A stretch of 64,000 nucleotides of DNA from Antechinus flavipes (Eukaryota), in the NCBI RefSeq assembly GCF_016432865.1, contig NC_067398.1, positions 654,906,001 through 654,970,000 of the forward strand, given 5' to 3'. Numbering within the stretch: position 1 is the stretch's first letter; the number at the start of each line of letters is the position of its first letter. The notes beneath the pieces were generated by a model. The model was not told where the DNA came from. It saw only the letters and a list, made by a program, of their open reading frames with translations, and made no database searches. A program made the position numbers and the translations under genes. Positions 15,025 to 44,400 of this stretch are shown piece by piece.

Positions 15025-16329
15025 TTTTTCTTTTTAATTTTTAAAGCTTTTTATTTTCAAAACATTCGCATGGATAATTTTTCAACATTGCCTTGAATGT
15101 TGCCTTGCATAGCCTTGTTTCAGATTTCCCCCTTCTTCCCTTCCCCCTTTCCCCTAGATGGCAAGTAATCCAATGTCATACATGGTAAAATACCTGTTAA
15201 ATCCAATATGTGTAAACATATTTATACAATTCTCTTGCTGCACAAGAAAGATTAGATCAAAAGGAGAAAGTAAATGAGTAAGAAAACAAAATGCAAGCGA
15301 ACAACAACAGAAAGAGTGAAAATGCTATGTAGTGATCCCCACTCAGTGCCCACAGTCCTCTCTCTGGGTGTAGATCACAAGATTATTGGAATTGGCTGAA
15401 TCATCTCATTGTTGGAAAGAGCCACGTCTATCAGAATTGATCATAATACTGATGTTATTGTGTATAATGATCTTCTGCTTCTGCTCATTTCCCTCAGCAT
15501 CAATTCACGTAAGTCTCTCCAAACCTCTCTGAAATCATCCTGCTGGTCATTTCTTACAGAACAATAATATTCCATAACATTCATATACCACAGTTTACCC
15601 AGCCATTCTCCATTTGATGAGCATCCATTCAATTTCCAGCTTCTAGCCACTACAAACAGGGTTTCCACAAACATTCTCGCAAATACAGGTCCCTTTCCCT
15701 CCTTTAAGATCTCTTTGGGATATTAGGCCAGTAGAGACACTGCTGGATGAAAGGGCATGCACAGTTTGAAAACTTTTTGAACATAATTCCAAATTACTCT
15801 CCAGAATGGTTGGATCATTCACAATTCCACAAACAATGTATCAGTGTCCCAGTTTTCCCACATTCCTTCCAATATTTGCCATTTTCTGTCATCTTAGCTA
15901 ACCTGAGAGGTGTAGTACTATCTCATAGTTGTCTTAATTTGCATTTCTCTAATCAATAGTGATTTAGAACACTCTTTCATATGATTAGAAATGGTTTTAA
16001 TTTCTTCATCTGAAAATTGTTCATATCTTTTGACCATTTATCAATTGGAGAATGAATGGCTTGAATTTTTATAAATTTGAGTCAATTCTCTATATATTTT
16101 AGAAATGAGGCCTTTATCAGAACCCTCAAATGTAAAAATGATTTCCCAATTTATTGCTTCCCTTGTCTGCATTAGTTTTGTTTGTACAAAAACCGTTTAA
16201 TTTAATATAAACAAAATTTTCTATCTGGTGTTCAATTATGAGTTCCAGTTCTTTTTTGAACACAAATTCCTTCCTTCTCCATAGATCTAAGAGGTAAACT
16301 ATCCTATGTTGTTCTAATTTGCTTATAAT
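15025..16329 (-). mobile_element. LINE-1 3' 1.3 kb inserted in a CORE-SINE
   Basis: TSD TGTA(G/A)TTCAAATTC at 15011-15024 and 16330-16343. The SINE halves at ~14960-15024 and ~16330-16410 rejoin across it. Confidence 0.85.
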
Positions 16330-18292
16330 TGTAATTCAAATTCAAGCTCTGATACTTACTAGCTTTCTGACTCTGGACAAGTCACTTAAATCCTATTGCC
16401 TCCAAAATAAAACCCTAACATAATGCTGAGAAGGGGTCTATAAGCTTCCCTAAACCACCAATGGGCCTGGTCACAGAAAAGGTGAAACATCTGCTTTATA
16501 CATATTTCCTCTCAGTTTTACTCTTGGGTAGGGACAATGAGCCAAAGAGAAAAGCTGATCCTAGTCCATAATTCTTGAGGGGGGAGGGGAAAAGTGAGAG
16601 GAGACCTGGTCCAAGGCTTTGATTTTGGGGAAAGAGTGTTGGAGTTGGAAAGATCTGAGCTCAAATTCAGACTCAGACACTAGCTTGGGAAAGTTACTTA
16701 ACCATTCTTAGCCTCAGTTTCCTTAGCAGTAAAGCAGGGGAAATAATAGCATGTTTGTCCACAAACAGGATGCTCTGCTCTCCGTGTTATTGTGAAGATC
16801 AAATTTAAAAAAATTTGTACAGCTTTTAACATAGTGCCTTGGAATACAGTAAGTGTTATATAAATGCTAGCAATTATTACTAATAATAATCATTTAATGA
16901 TTAAAATAACACTAAAGATTTTAAAATCCAATTCCTGGTGAGTACATTGAAATCATAACTACTTATCACAATCACAAAGTATTTATGATTCCAAGCATGT
17001 AACAACAGGCTTAAGGGGTCAAAGTTCAATTTAAAAAATTCTTTGCTTTTTACCCTCAAGCTAGAGGGTCATCCAAAGATCTTTCCTCCTGCTGTTTTTT
17101 TTTGGGAGCCAAATGCTGCCTTGAAGCTGGACATTTCTACCACGAATTACTCAGTCACTTTGGTTTCTCAATGCCCTTTTTGTCCACAAACAGGATGCTT
17201 AGTTGGTATTGAGTCTCTAACAATCTGGCTTTTTGCCCCACACTCAACTGAAAAGGCTCTCTCTTAAGGTCTCCTAGCTGCAAAACTCAATGGCATTTTC
17301 TCATTATTTATCCTCTGTGACCTCTCTGCAGTTTTTTGACATTGCTCACCATGATAATCTTCTGGAATCCCTCTCTATCTGCTTTTCCCCCTAGCTGACA
17401 GATTATTCAGATTATTCCTTCTCCATGTCTAGGTCACCAGATAGCTTCAGTCTTCGTAGTGAGGGAGTCCCCTAACTCTTAGTCCTGTGCCGTTCTCATC
17501 CTTTACCACTTCTGGCCTGGACTACTGCTGCAACAGACTTCTAATTGGTTTTTCTGCTTCTGGTCACTACCTTCCCCATGTTTACAATCCATTCTCACAT
17601 AGTTATCAAAATAGTAATAATTCAGATTAAATATAAAAGTTTTGAAAACTTTTTTTTTTTTTCTGGAGAGCTGGTTTTTAAAATTTTACAAGGGTACTTC
17701 TGGCCCTATGTTCTTGAATGCACTCATTCCGCTTAGCCATCTTTTTCATACCATGGCTTTTTCAAGGCTGAAATCAGATGTTCCTGAGGGGTTAGAGCCC
17801 AGGATCCAAGATGACCTTTTTAGCTACTTTTACAAACTTGTTCTGTAGCAAAGGAACCTCAAACATGGTTCCTTATCTGTTGACAGAGCCTTTGTGGTTC
17901 CTTACCAAAGACAGCACTTTGCTAAAAGCCAACTCCTGGCTCCTTATCTGTTAACTGTACTTTACAAACTTGCTCCCACATTCAGGCCCCTATTTTTCAT
18001 GTGGAACATCAAGTAGCCTGCTGATTGAAACCCCAAATTTCAGCATATAAGTTCTTCAGATCTTCTATACTTTGCTAGAATCTCTTAGAGGCTAGTTCAT
18101 TTACTTTTGTGTTAACAAAGTCTCTGTAACTATAAAAGTATCTCTTTGAATTCTCCCAAATTGACCATGAACCTAGACTCTCAACACAGCATTCATTTGT
18201 TTTGTTTTGTTTTGATTTGGTTTTTTAAGGCTATCAAGGTTAAGTGATTTGCCCAGAGTCACCCTGCTAGTAAGTGTCTGAGGTTGAATTTA

Positions 18293-18668
18293 TTTATTTA
18301 TTTATTTTCTTTCTTTCTTTTTTTTTTTTTAATAACTTTTTATTGACAGAACCCATGCCAGGGTAACTTTTTACAGCATTATCCCTTGCACTCACTTCTG
18401 TTCCGATTTTTCCCCTCCCTCCCTCCACCACCTCCCCCAGATGGCAAGCCGTCCTTTACATGTTGAATAGGTTACAGTATATCCTAGATACAATATATGT
18501 TTGTAGAACCGAACAGTTTTCTTGTAGCACAGGGAGAATTGGATTCAGAAGGTAAAAATAACCCGGGAAGAAAAACAAAAATGCAAATAGTTCACATTCG
18601 TTTCCCAGTGTTCTTTCTTTGGGTGGAGCTGCTTCTGTCCATCCTTGATCAATTGAAAGTGAATTAGC
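18293..18668 (-). mobile_element. Young LINE-1 3' end with 16-bp TSD, inside a SINE
   Basis: TCTGAGGTTGAATTTA at 18277-18292 and 18669-18684; T-rich tail on the plus-strand left side. Confidence 0.9.
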
Positions 18669-19388
18669 TCTGAGGTTGAATTTAAACTCATATCCTCTTG
18701 ACTCCTGGACTCCTGCTTTGTCCACTGGGCCACCTGGCTATTATAGATGTTACCTTCTTAGGAAGCTTTTCTTGATCTCAAGTTTTCAATGGTTTTTTCC
18801 TCTTCAAATTATCTCATATCTAACTTTGGGTATTTGTGTTGTATTCCAAGTGGCATAGGTAATATGAAAGCTGAATTTAAAATTAGGAAAATCTGAGTTC
18901 AAACTTTGACTCATTCACATACTAACCATGTGATCTTGTCAGCTTAAGTTACCTCTTGTAAAAAAACAAAATTGAGTAGGAAAAGGTTAAAAGGAGAAAT
19001 TATCTCATGAAAACAAGAGTGGAAGAAAGAACTAATACAGAGGAACTAGGAGGAGGTGGTAGTGGTAATGTTGGAACCTTATTCTCCCCTAGATTGAAGA
19101 AGAAATAACATATACATACAAGAAGTTTAAAAATCTACTTTACTTCTAGAGAGATGAGAAAACTAGAGAATAGGATAGGGGAGGGACTTTTAGAAGGGTA
19201 TACAAATTAAGATTAGGAGAGTGGGTGAATAAATAAGGGAGGGATTTTTGGAGGAGAGGCTAAAATAAGGAATTTGGGCTTGTATCCTTTTAGAATAGGA
19301 GAATTTACCATTAGTGTGGTAGCTGACTTTGATGTCATGTTTGTCCTTATTAAAGGCACTTGACAATATGATTGAAAATATCATGCTA

Positions 19389-19934
19389 TGGCTGGGTAAA
19401 TTGTGGTATATGAATGTTATGGAATATTATTGTTCTGTAAGAAATGACCAGCAGGATGAATACAGAGAGGCTTGGAGAGACTTACATGAACTGATGCTAA
19501 GTGAAATGAGCAGAACCAGGAGATCATTATACACTTCGACAACGATATTGTATGAGGACATATTTTGATGGAAGTGGATTTCTTTGACAAAGAGACCTGA
19601 GTTTTAATTGATAAATGACGGACAGAAGCAGCTACACCCAAAGAAAGAACACTGGGAAACGAATGTGAACTATCTGCATTTTTGATTTTCTTCCCGGGTT
19701 ATTTATACCTTCTGAATCCAATTCTCCCCGTGCAACAAGAGAACTGTTCGGTTCTGCAAACATATATTGTATCTAGGATATACTGCAACATATCCAACAT
19801 ATGGAGGCGGTGGAGGGAGGGAGGGGAAAGATCGGAACAGAAATGAGTGCAAGGGATAATGTTGTGAAAAAATTACCCTGGCATGGGCTCTGTCAATATA
19901 ATTATTATTAAATAAAAATTAAAAAAAAAAGAAA
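19389..19934 (+). mobile_element. Young LINE-1 3' end with 15-bp TSD
   Basis: GAAAATATCATGCTA at 19374-19388 and 19935-19949; ORF2 end WLGKLWYMNVMEYYCSVRNDQ..., then poly(A). Confidence 0.9.
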
Positions 19935-20084
19935 GAAAATATCATGCTAAAAAGCATGGGAGCAACACAATCTTGTTTCACTCCATTGATGATTGAAAAA
20001 GCTCAAGAGCATTCATGAAATTGATGTACTATGCTAATGAACTCCTCTGAGCAACCAATTTTTTTTTAATTTTTAAAAAATTAA

Positions 20085-20545
20085 TTAATGCTTTTTATTT
20101 TCAAAACATATGCATGGATAATTTTTCAACATTAAGCCTTGCAAAACCTTGTGTCTTAATTTTTTCCCTCCTCCCACCCATCCTCTCCCCCAGATGGCAA
20201 GTAATCCAATATATACTAAACATGGTAGAAATATATGTTAAATCCAATATATGCATACATATTTATACAAGTATCTTGCTGCACAAGAAAAATCAAATCG
20301 AATATGAAAAAATGAAAAAAAAATGCAAGGAAATGACAACAAAAAGAGTGAGAATGCTATGTTGTGATCCACCCTCAATTCCCACAGTGCTCTCTCTGAG
20401 TATAGATGGCTCTCTTTGTCACTGAACAAGTGGAACTGGTTTGAATCATCTCATTATTGAAGAGAGATCATTGGAACTGGTCTGAATCGTCTCATTGTTG
20501 AAGACAATCAATTGATCAGAATTGATCATCATATAATCTTGTTAT
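20085..20545 (-). mobile_element. LINE-1 3' UTR fragment
   Basis: Reverse complement of the L1 3' UTR seen at ~600-1000 and ~13560-13990. Confidence 0.8.
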
Positions 20546-20588
20546 GAGCAACCAAATTTTGACACAATTTTCCTTAAGCCCTCGCAAC

Positions 20589-21152
20589 TGTGGGGAATAG
20601 AGAGATAAGGTGAAGAATTTACAGGAATGTATGAATTCTTTTTCTGTATTTTATTTTTATTATTTCTATGTCTCTATGACCTGCATAAGTACGGTGTGTG
20701 CAAGCCAATATTTACTTAAAACTAGATATATTTACTTAACCAGAAGTAATGACATTTATCCTTGTTCAATATTATTAATATTTAGATTATTAAATGCATC
20801 AGCTCAGTAATCTGAAGTTTGAAGGTCTGACTGATGATTCCTCCCGGAATCAGGGAAACAAAGCATTCCATTCTAATCTGCCTTTGGCACCAATGCTTAA
20901 CATTCAATTAGGGGAGAAGGCCCCTATTTCTCAATGCTCCCCAACCTATGATGTAATCCTTGGTAACCAAACCTATAAAAACTGTATATCTTTCCTAAAT
21001 CTTTAGCCCTTCTATTGCGAGCTTTCTCTCTTTCCCTCCTCACAGTGGAATCACTCATTCTCATGAGAATTTATTAATAAATAACTTTTCTGCTTTCTAC
21101 TGAGTGATCTCTGAGTAGTCATTTTGGTTAAGGGTCTTCCCCATCCCTCACA
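20589..21152 (+). mobile_element. Solo LTR (ERV-derived), 564 bp
   Basis: TG...CA ends with a short inverted repeat (TGTGGGG / CCCTCACA). 4-bp TSD CAAC at 20585-20588 and 21153-21156. TATAAAA at 20974-20980 and AATAAA at 21076-21081, in U3-R-U5 order. Confidence 0.75.
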
Positions 21153-21273
21153 CAACTGACAGTATCAAAAGCCTTGGTCAGATCCACAAATATCGTATAT
21201 AAATTTCTGTTCTGCTTCTAGCAAAAAGCTAGCCAAAAAAACCAACTAGCTAGAAATAACAGCTCCTGGAGCT

Positions 21274-22580
21274 GTTTCAATTTCTTCATCTGAGAATTGT
21301 CTGTTCATATCCTTTGACCATTTATCAATTGGAGAATGGCTTGATTTCTTCAATTCTCTATATATTTTAGAAATGAGGCCTTTATCAGAACCTTTGCTCA
21401 AAGTTCTTAAAACAATATTGCTTAAAACAATATTAAAACAAATATGCTATATGCTATATATGCTAATATATAACAATATTATGCTATTAATTTTTAAATC
21501 ATTATTCTCTTGGTTCTGCTTAGTTTGTTTTTCATAGTTCATGCAAATCTTTCCATATTTTTCTAAAATCATTGAGTTCATCATTTTTTTTTAAGCACAA
21601 TAAAGGGAACGGATTGTCTTGTGACAATCACAATCCTCCAAATCATTATTAATCAGAGAAATGCAAATTAAGACAATTCTGAGATACCACTACACACCTG
21701 TCAGATTGGCTAGAATGACAGGGAAAGATAATGTGGAATGTTGGAGGGGAAGTGGGAAAACAGGGACCCTGATACATTGTTGGTGGAGTTGTGAACTGAT
21801 CCAACTATTCTGGAGAGCAATTTGGAACTATGCTCAAAAAGTTATCAAACTGTGCATACCCTTTGATCCAGCAGTGCTACTACTGGGCTTATATCTCAAA
21901 GAGATACTAAAGAAGGGAAAGGGACCTGTATGTGCCAAAATGTTTGTAGCAGCCCTGTTTGTAGTGGCTAGAAACTGGAAATTGAATGGATGCCCATCAA
22001 TTGGAGAATGGCTGGGTAAACTGTGGTATATGAATGTTATGGAATATTATTTTCTGTAAGAAATGACCATCAGGATAATTTCAGAAAGACCTGGAGAAAC
22101 TTACATGAACTGATGCTGAGTGAAATGAGCAGGACCAGAAGATCATTATATACCTCAACAACAATACTGTATGATGATCAATTCTGATGGACATGGCTCT
22201 TTTCAACAATGAGATGATTCAGGTCAATTCCAATTGTTCAGTAATGAAGACAGCCATGTAAATCCCTGAGAGAGGACCATGGGAATACAGTGTGGAACAC
22301 AACATAACATTTTCACTCTTTCTGTTGATATTTGCTTGCATTTTGTTTTCCTTCTTTTTTTTTCTAGATTCAATTTTTCTTATGCAGCAAGATAACTGTA
22401 TAAATATGTATACATAGATTGTATTTAATATATATTTTAACATATTTAACATGTATTGGACTACCTGCCATCTAGGTAGAGGGAAGAAGGGAAAAATTTG
22501 GAACCAAAGGTTTTGCAAGGGTCAATGTTGAAAAATTACTCATACATATGCTTTGTAAATAAAAAGCTTTAATTTAAAAA
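21274..22580 (+). mobile_element. LINE-1 3' end (21638-22580) preceded by an inverted L1 piece (21274-21396)
   Basis: The 132-aa ORF at 21661-22059 is the L1 ORF2 C-terminus. The inverted piece matches the L1 segment that normally lies just 5' of it. Confidence 0.85.
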
Positions 22581-24161
22581 ATGCTAATGCCTTTCCCTTG
22601 AAGATAGCTTTCTCCTCTTAGGCAACTAGGTGACAAAGTGATAAAGCAATTCAAATACAGACTCAGATTGTTACTAGTTATATGACATTGAACAAGCCAC
22701 TTAATCCCATTTCTCCAAAAGTAATGCATGTAATACCATGCAGTATTGTTTTGAGGATCAACAGATATTTGTAAAGTGCTTAGCATAGTACCCAGTACAC
22801 AGTCGGTGCTTAATAAATGCTTGTTCCCTTTCCTTCTTCTATATATCTCTAGTGTACCTTTTTATTTACATGATACACTTAACAGTGTTTGACACATAGT
22901 AGATGCTTAGTGTTTATTGATTAGTTGATATTATCTCTCTCCTACCAGACTGTAAATTTTTTTATAGCTAATACAGAGGCATTTACTTTGTTCAACTGGA
23001 CATATTTATTATAACAATTTAATTGTTTCCTCCCTCCAATTCATTGGGAAGTAAAATGGATTTTTGCTCATTTAAAAAAAAAATTTAGGGGAAAAAGAAG
23101 CAAAGGGGTGGGGGCTATTTTTGCCTTTCTATATCCCCCACTACTTATAATTGAACCTAGTACAAATTAAGGGCTCAAGAAATGCTCCCTATTGACTGAC
23201 TTAGAAGTGGCAAGGAGAGTTTCTCAGGCCATTACAGACCCATGCAGTCTAAGTAAGAGACATGATCAAATATCTTATATACACTTTCAGGATTAATATT
23301 CTAGGTTGTATTCAAATTGGCATCTAAGCATAAAATGTTACAGAAGCAAACTCAAAATCACCTGCAATAGTAATAAATCATTATATAGTATATAATCCCA
23401 AGGATTATAGTAGACAGTGGAATGGTATGAGATAGAGTACTGGATGAAGTTAGGAAAACTTATTTTTGGGAGTTCAAATCCAGTCTCAGACACTTACCAA
23501 CTTGTGTGACTGGGCAAGTCACTTAACCCAATTTGTTTCAGTTTCCTCATCTATAAAATGAGCTGGAGAAGGAAATGGGAAACCACTTCAGCATCTCTGC
23601 CGAGAAAACCCCAGATAAGATCACAGATATCACTCAGTAACAATCTCAAGAACCCAAAAAGACAGATCTAAGGCTTTAAATTGAACATGTGATTCTGTTA
23701 CATTTTCAGAGAAATTTCAGATACATTCAATAGCTTTCTTTCCCCGCTCTGTCCACATTTTCTCTTTCCCCTTTTCTACTAATTTATTTTCCTTTTAAAT
23801 TGGGCAACAGTTTGAAGTGTCCTTCCACATGTTCCTGTGACAGCACCAAAGGTTTGGAGCAGAAAGCAGCTTTAAGAGGTCCTCTAGCCACTGTCCTTTA
23901 TCTTACAAAGCAGGTCCAGAGGGGTTAAGTGTCTTGTGACTTAAGGTTGTACTGTAAGTAATGGGGCTAGAATGTGGAAGCGAGTTCTGACTCCAGATAC
24001 AGCATTGTTTCTCCCGTATCACCACCTGAAGAGTCAAGATGGTAAAGTTAACACCCTGTAGCTGGAATTTTAAGGCGGATCACAGGGATGAGGGTAGGAA
24101 TGGGGAGGGGGAAGGACAGTTTTCTGAGTGACATAGTATTTTTCAGACACTATGTGTAAAG

Positions 24162-24310
24162 CAGGATTTCTTAAATTTTTTCCACTAGTGATCTCTTTTT
24201 ACCCAAGAAATTTTTATACAATCCTGGGTTTATAGATATATAAAATAGGTATGCAAATCACTTACTGATAATAAATCATAATTTTACAAGCCACAGTTTA
24301 AGAAGCTTTG
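24162..24310. mobile_element. hAT-type MITE remnant
   Basis: Imperfect terminal inverted repeats CAGGATTTCTTAAATT / AGTTTAAGAAGCTTTG, with a degenerate 8-bp TSD GTGTAAAG / GTGTACAA. Confidence 0.55.
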
Positions 24311-26639
24311 GTGTACAAAAGAACATTGTACACAACAAGATTATATGATGATCAATTGTGATGGATTTGGCTCTTTTCAACAATGAGGTGATTCAAGGAA
24401 ATTCCAGTAGACTCATGATGAAAAATGCCATCCACGTCCAGGGACAGGACTATGGAGACTGAATATAAATCAAAATATAGTTTTTTCATCTTTTTTTTTT
24501 GTTTGTTTGCTTGTTTCTTTTTATTTTTTCTTTAACCTTTTGATCTGATTTTTCTTATACAGCACGATGGATATGGAACTACATTTAGAACTGCACATGT
24601 TTAATCTATATTGTTTGCTATCTATGGGTAGGGGTTGGGGAAGGGAAAGAGAAAATTTGGAATACCCAGTTTTTCAAAGACAAATATTTAAAATTATCTT
24701 TGCATGTATTTGGAAAAATAAAAAGCTATTTTAAAAAATTTAAAGCTTGGTATAGAAAATGAATTGAGGGAATCAGGAAGAGCATTTAGGAAATGGGCCA
24801 GGATACTCAGGTGGGTTCATGAGCTCTGGAAACAGACTGGATTATTTTCCAGGCTTTTATTTTCCAATTTAGCTCTGTCTCCTCACCATTCTATCCCTCC
24901 CTGCCCTCATTTTGTTTCTATGGATGGGTTTGTATAATAATAATTAAGGCTAGGTGTCCCAGGGGATAGACCTGGAGTCAGGAGCTCATCTTCCCAAGTT
25001 CAAATTTGGCCTCAGACACTCAACCCCATGAGTCTGTTTCCTCTTCAGTAAATGGGCAGAGAAGGAAATGGCAAACCACTCCATATGTTTGTCAAGAAAA
25101 CCTCAAACGGGGTCAAGTTGCACATGACTAAAACGACTAAAGTTAGCCTTTCTAGATCTGCAGGGTGCATCATGTTATCTTATCATCACTGCTGAGTTTC
25201 ATCACCATCTCATCATGAATTCCCATCTTTATCTCTTGTTACTCTTTTGATAATTCTTTCTTCCTGGAATCCTTCTGACGTCTGTTACTTGCTTTATTGA
25301 GTACTGAGAAATTTCTTATGTGGTTTCTTATGGTCGTGGGTTCAATTTCAGGTGTATTCCTTCAGATTTTTGTGCTGCATTTATTCTCTAACCTTCCCTC
25401 CTTTCTTCCCCCACCTATGTCAGGGAACTTCCTTGATTGTTTTTAAAAGTTTTATCTTTGCTTTTTGTCTTTCTGTCACATTCATTTCCACATAGAACCT
25501 TTTCCCCTCTAGAAATAACGAGTCTTTCCTTGTTCCAAAGATATTTTAAAAGGGGGGAGAGGGAGGAGTTTTAAATTTTTTTTATTCTTTGTCATGAGGG
25601 ATGGTGAAGGAGAACTTGAGCGAATGAAAGCAAAGCTGGAGTGCATCAGAGAAAATTTTAAGTTCAGAAAATCCAAGGCATCTACTGCAGTGGGCAGCAC
25701 AGCCATGAACCCCGTCTGCAGTCTCCTGGCCCAATAAGAGGAAGAGTTCCATCTCTATGTCTGCTCGGAGGGCCGGGCTCAGCATTAGAATCGCAGAATG
25801 CCCTTTCTTGCTCTGTTTACACTATTGTAGGCACTGTGCCAGCTGGCTTCTGGCTCTGATGACTTCACTCTGCAGTTAAGTCTCTCCGTGTCTGTCTGAA
25901 TTCCTAGTTGTCATTTATTACAGCAAATTAATATTCCGTTCCATTAATGCTCCCCTTTTGTTTCACCATTCCTCAGGTGATAAGGAATCCAATTTGTTTC
26001 CAGTTCTTTGGTACCAAGAAAGTTGATACCGCCAGGGGTTTTTGTGTTTCTGGGTTGGTGTGGGGCTAAGAGTCGGTTGGCCTGCTGATTCATTCCTGCT
26101 GGTGTGATTTAATCTTCTTCTGAATATTTCTGGCAGACGCTATCTTTTCATGTTTTTACTGTGCTTTTGAAGGACATAGCCAGGAGATAGGCTTCCCTAA
26201 GGTCTCTTGGTCCCTTTTAAGGAAGCTGTGGTCACCATGGCCACCCTGGGCCCTAAATTAGCCTTAGCTTTCCTTGCTCGCTAAGACAAAACTAAACTGC
26301 TGTAGGGCCTAGGGCTGAGGTTGGGCTGGGGAGTCCATCACAGGGTTGGGGGAAGGCGGTGGGGTGTGTTTTGGGAAGGAGGGAGTAAAAGGGAGAAGGA
26401 GGTGGAGGCTAAAGCCTGAAGACAAAGTGAAAGAGCCAGGACGGATAAGGGAGACGCATTCCAGAATTCCGTCCCCTCTTCTCCTGGGGCTGTGCCCTTG
26501 CCCGTGGCCACCGGGGGAAAGGGCCTGGTCTGAGAGGGAAGACGGGCGCTGATGGCGCTGGTGAGGCTCTCCGCCCCCCAAGCTCTGCTGAGGGGTGTAA
26601 TGGTGGGGCCCCTTCCTGTGGAGTTAGGCCCTGCTCCTC

Positions 26640-26749
26640 CCCTCCCCCCCGTCATCCCTGGTCAGGCAGAAGGACCTGCCGGCACACCCGCCCTCCCCTG
26701 CAGCCCCACACGGCACAATGACGACAGCCACAGTCACTGACACTTTAAT
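26640..26749 (-). terminator. MAN2B1 poly(A) signal ATTAAA with downstream GU-rich and G-rich elements
   Basis: ATTAAA on minus at 26749-26744, 135 nt after the stop. It is followed by TGTGGCTGTCGTCATTGTGCCGTGTGG and then GGGGAGGG tracts. Confidence 0.75.
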
Positions 26750-26883
26750 GCCTTCACTGGGTGGCGGCAGGAGCAGCCAGGAAAGTCCTTTTGGTGAGCA
26801 CGAGTGCCCAGCGGGGAGGCTCCTTCTGTCCAGCCTGTGGACGGAGGGCCTGCTCGGAGGGGGCCGGCTCTGGGCTCACATCC

Positions 26884-44166
<17,283 letters not shown>

Positions 44167-44169
44167 CGC

Positions 44170-44400
44170 TCGTCTCGCCAAGGGCAGACCCAGCCTCAGC
44201 GGCCCAGCTCGAACCCCAGTCGCCCCACTACCCGCCCGGTGGCACCGCCGCCCGGCCCTTTAACCCTTCCTTCGGAGGAACCGAGCCCGGAACCGAGATC
44301 CGGCCAATGGCCCGCGGGGGGGCGGGCCCGTCACCGACCAGCCAATCAGGGGACGCCGGAGGCGGGGCCCGAAAGAAGAGGCGGAGAATGAACAGAACCG
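44170..44400 (-). promoter_or_regulatory. MAN2B1 CpG-island promoter
   Basis: CpG-rich region directly upstream of the ATG at 44166, with CCAAT boxes at 44304-44308 and 44342-44346 and a GC box GGCGGGGC at 44361-44368. Confidence 0.7.

Noticed and set aside
143-22059. Repeated ORFs containing KLCIPFDP / FVVARNWKL / KLWYMNVMEYY (143-472, 13268-13582, 15441-15674, 19329-19568, 21661-22059; also 54077-54439)
   Set aside because: These are C-terminal scraps of LINE-1 ORF2 in 5'-truncated copies, not a host gene family.
1-26200. Possible KRAB zinc-finger gene expected from human synteny
   Set aside because: No C2H2 or TGEKPY linker pattern and no KRAB exon seen in the ORF track or by reading the sequence.
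44167-44181. In-frame upstream TTG start for MAN2B1 used by the ORF track
   Set aside because: The ATG at 44166 has a good context (GCGATGG) and gives a normal signal peptide, so there is no need for a non-AUG start.
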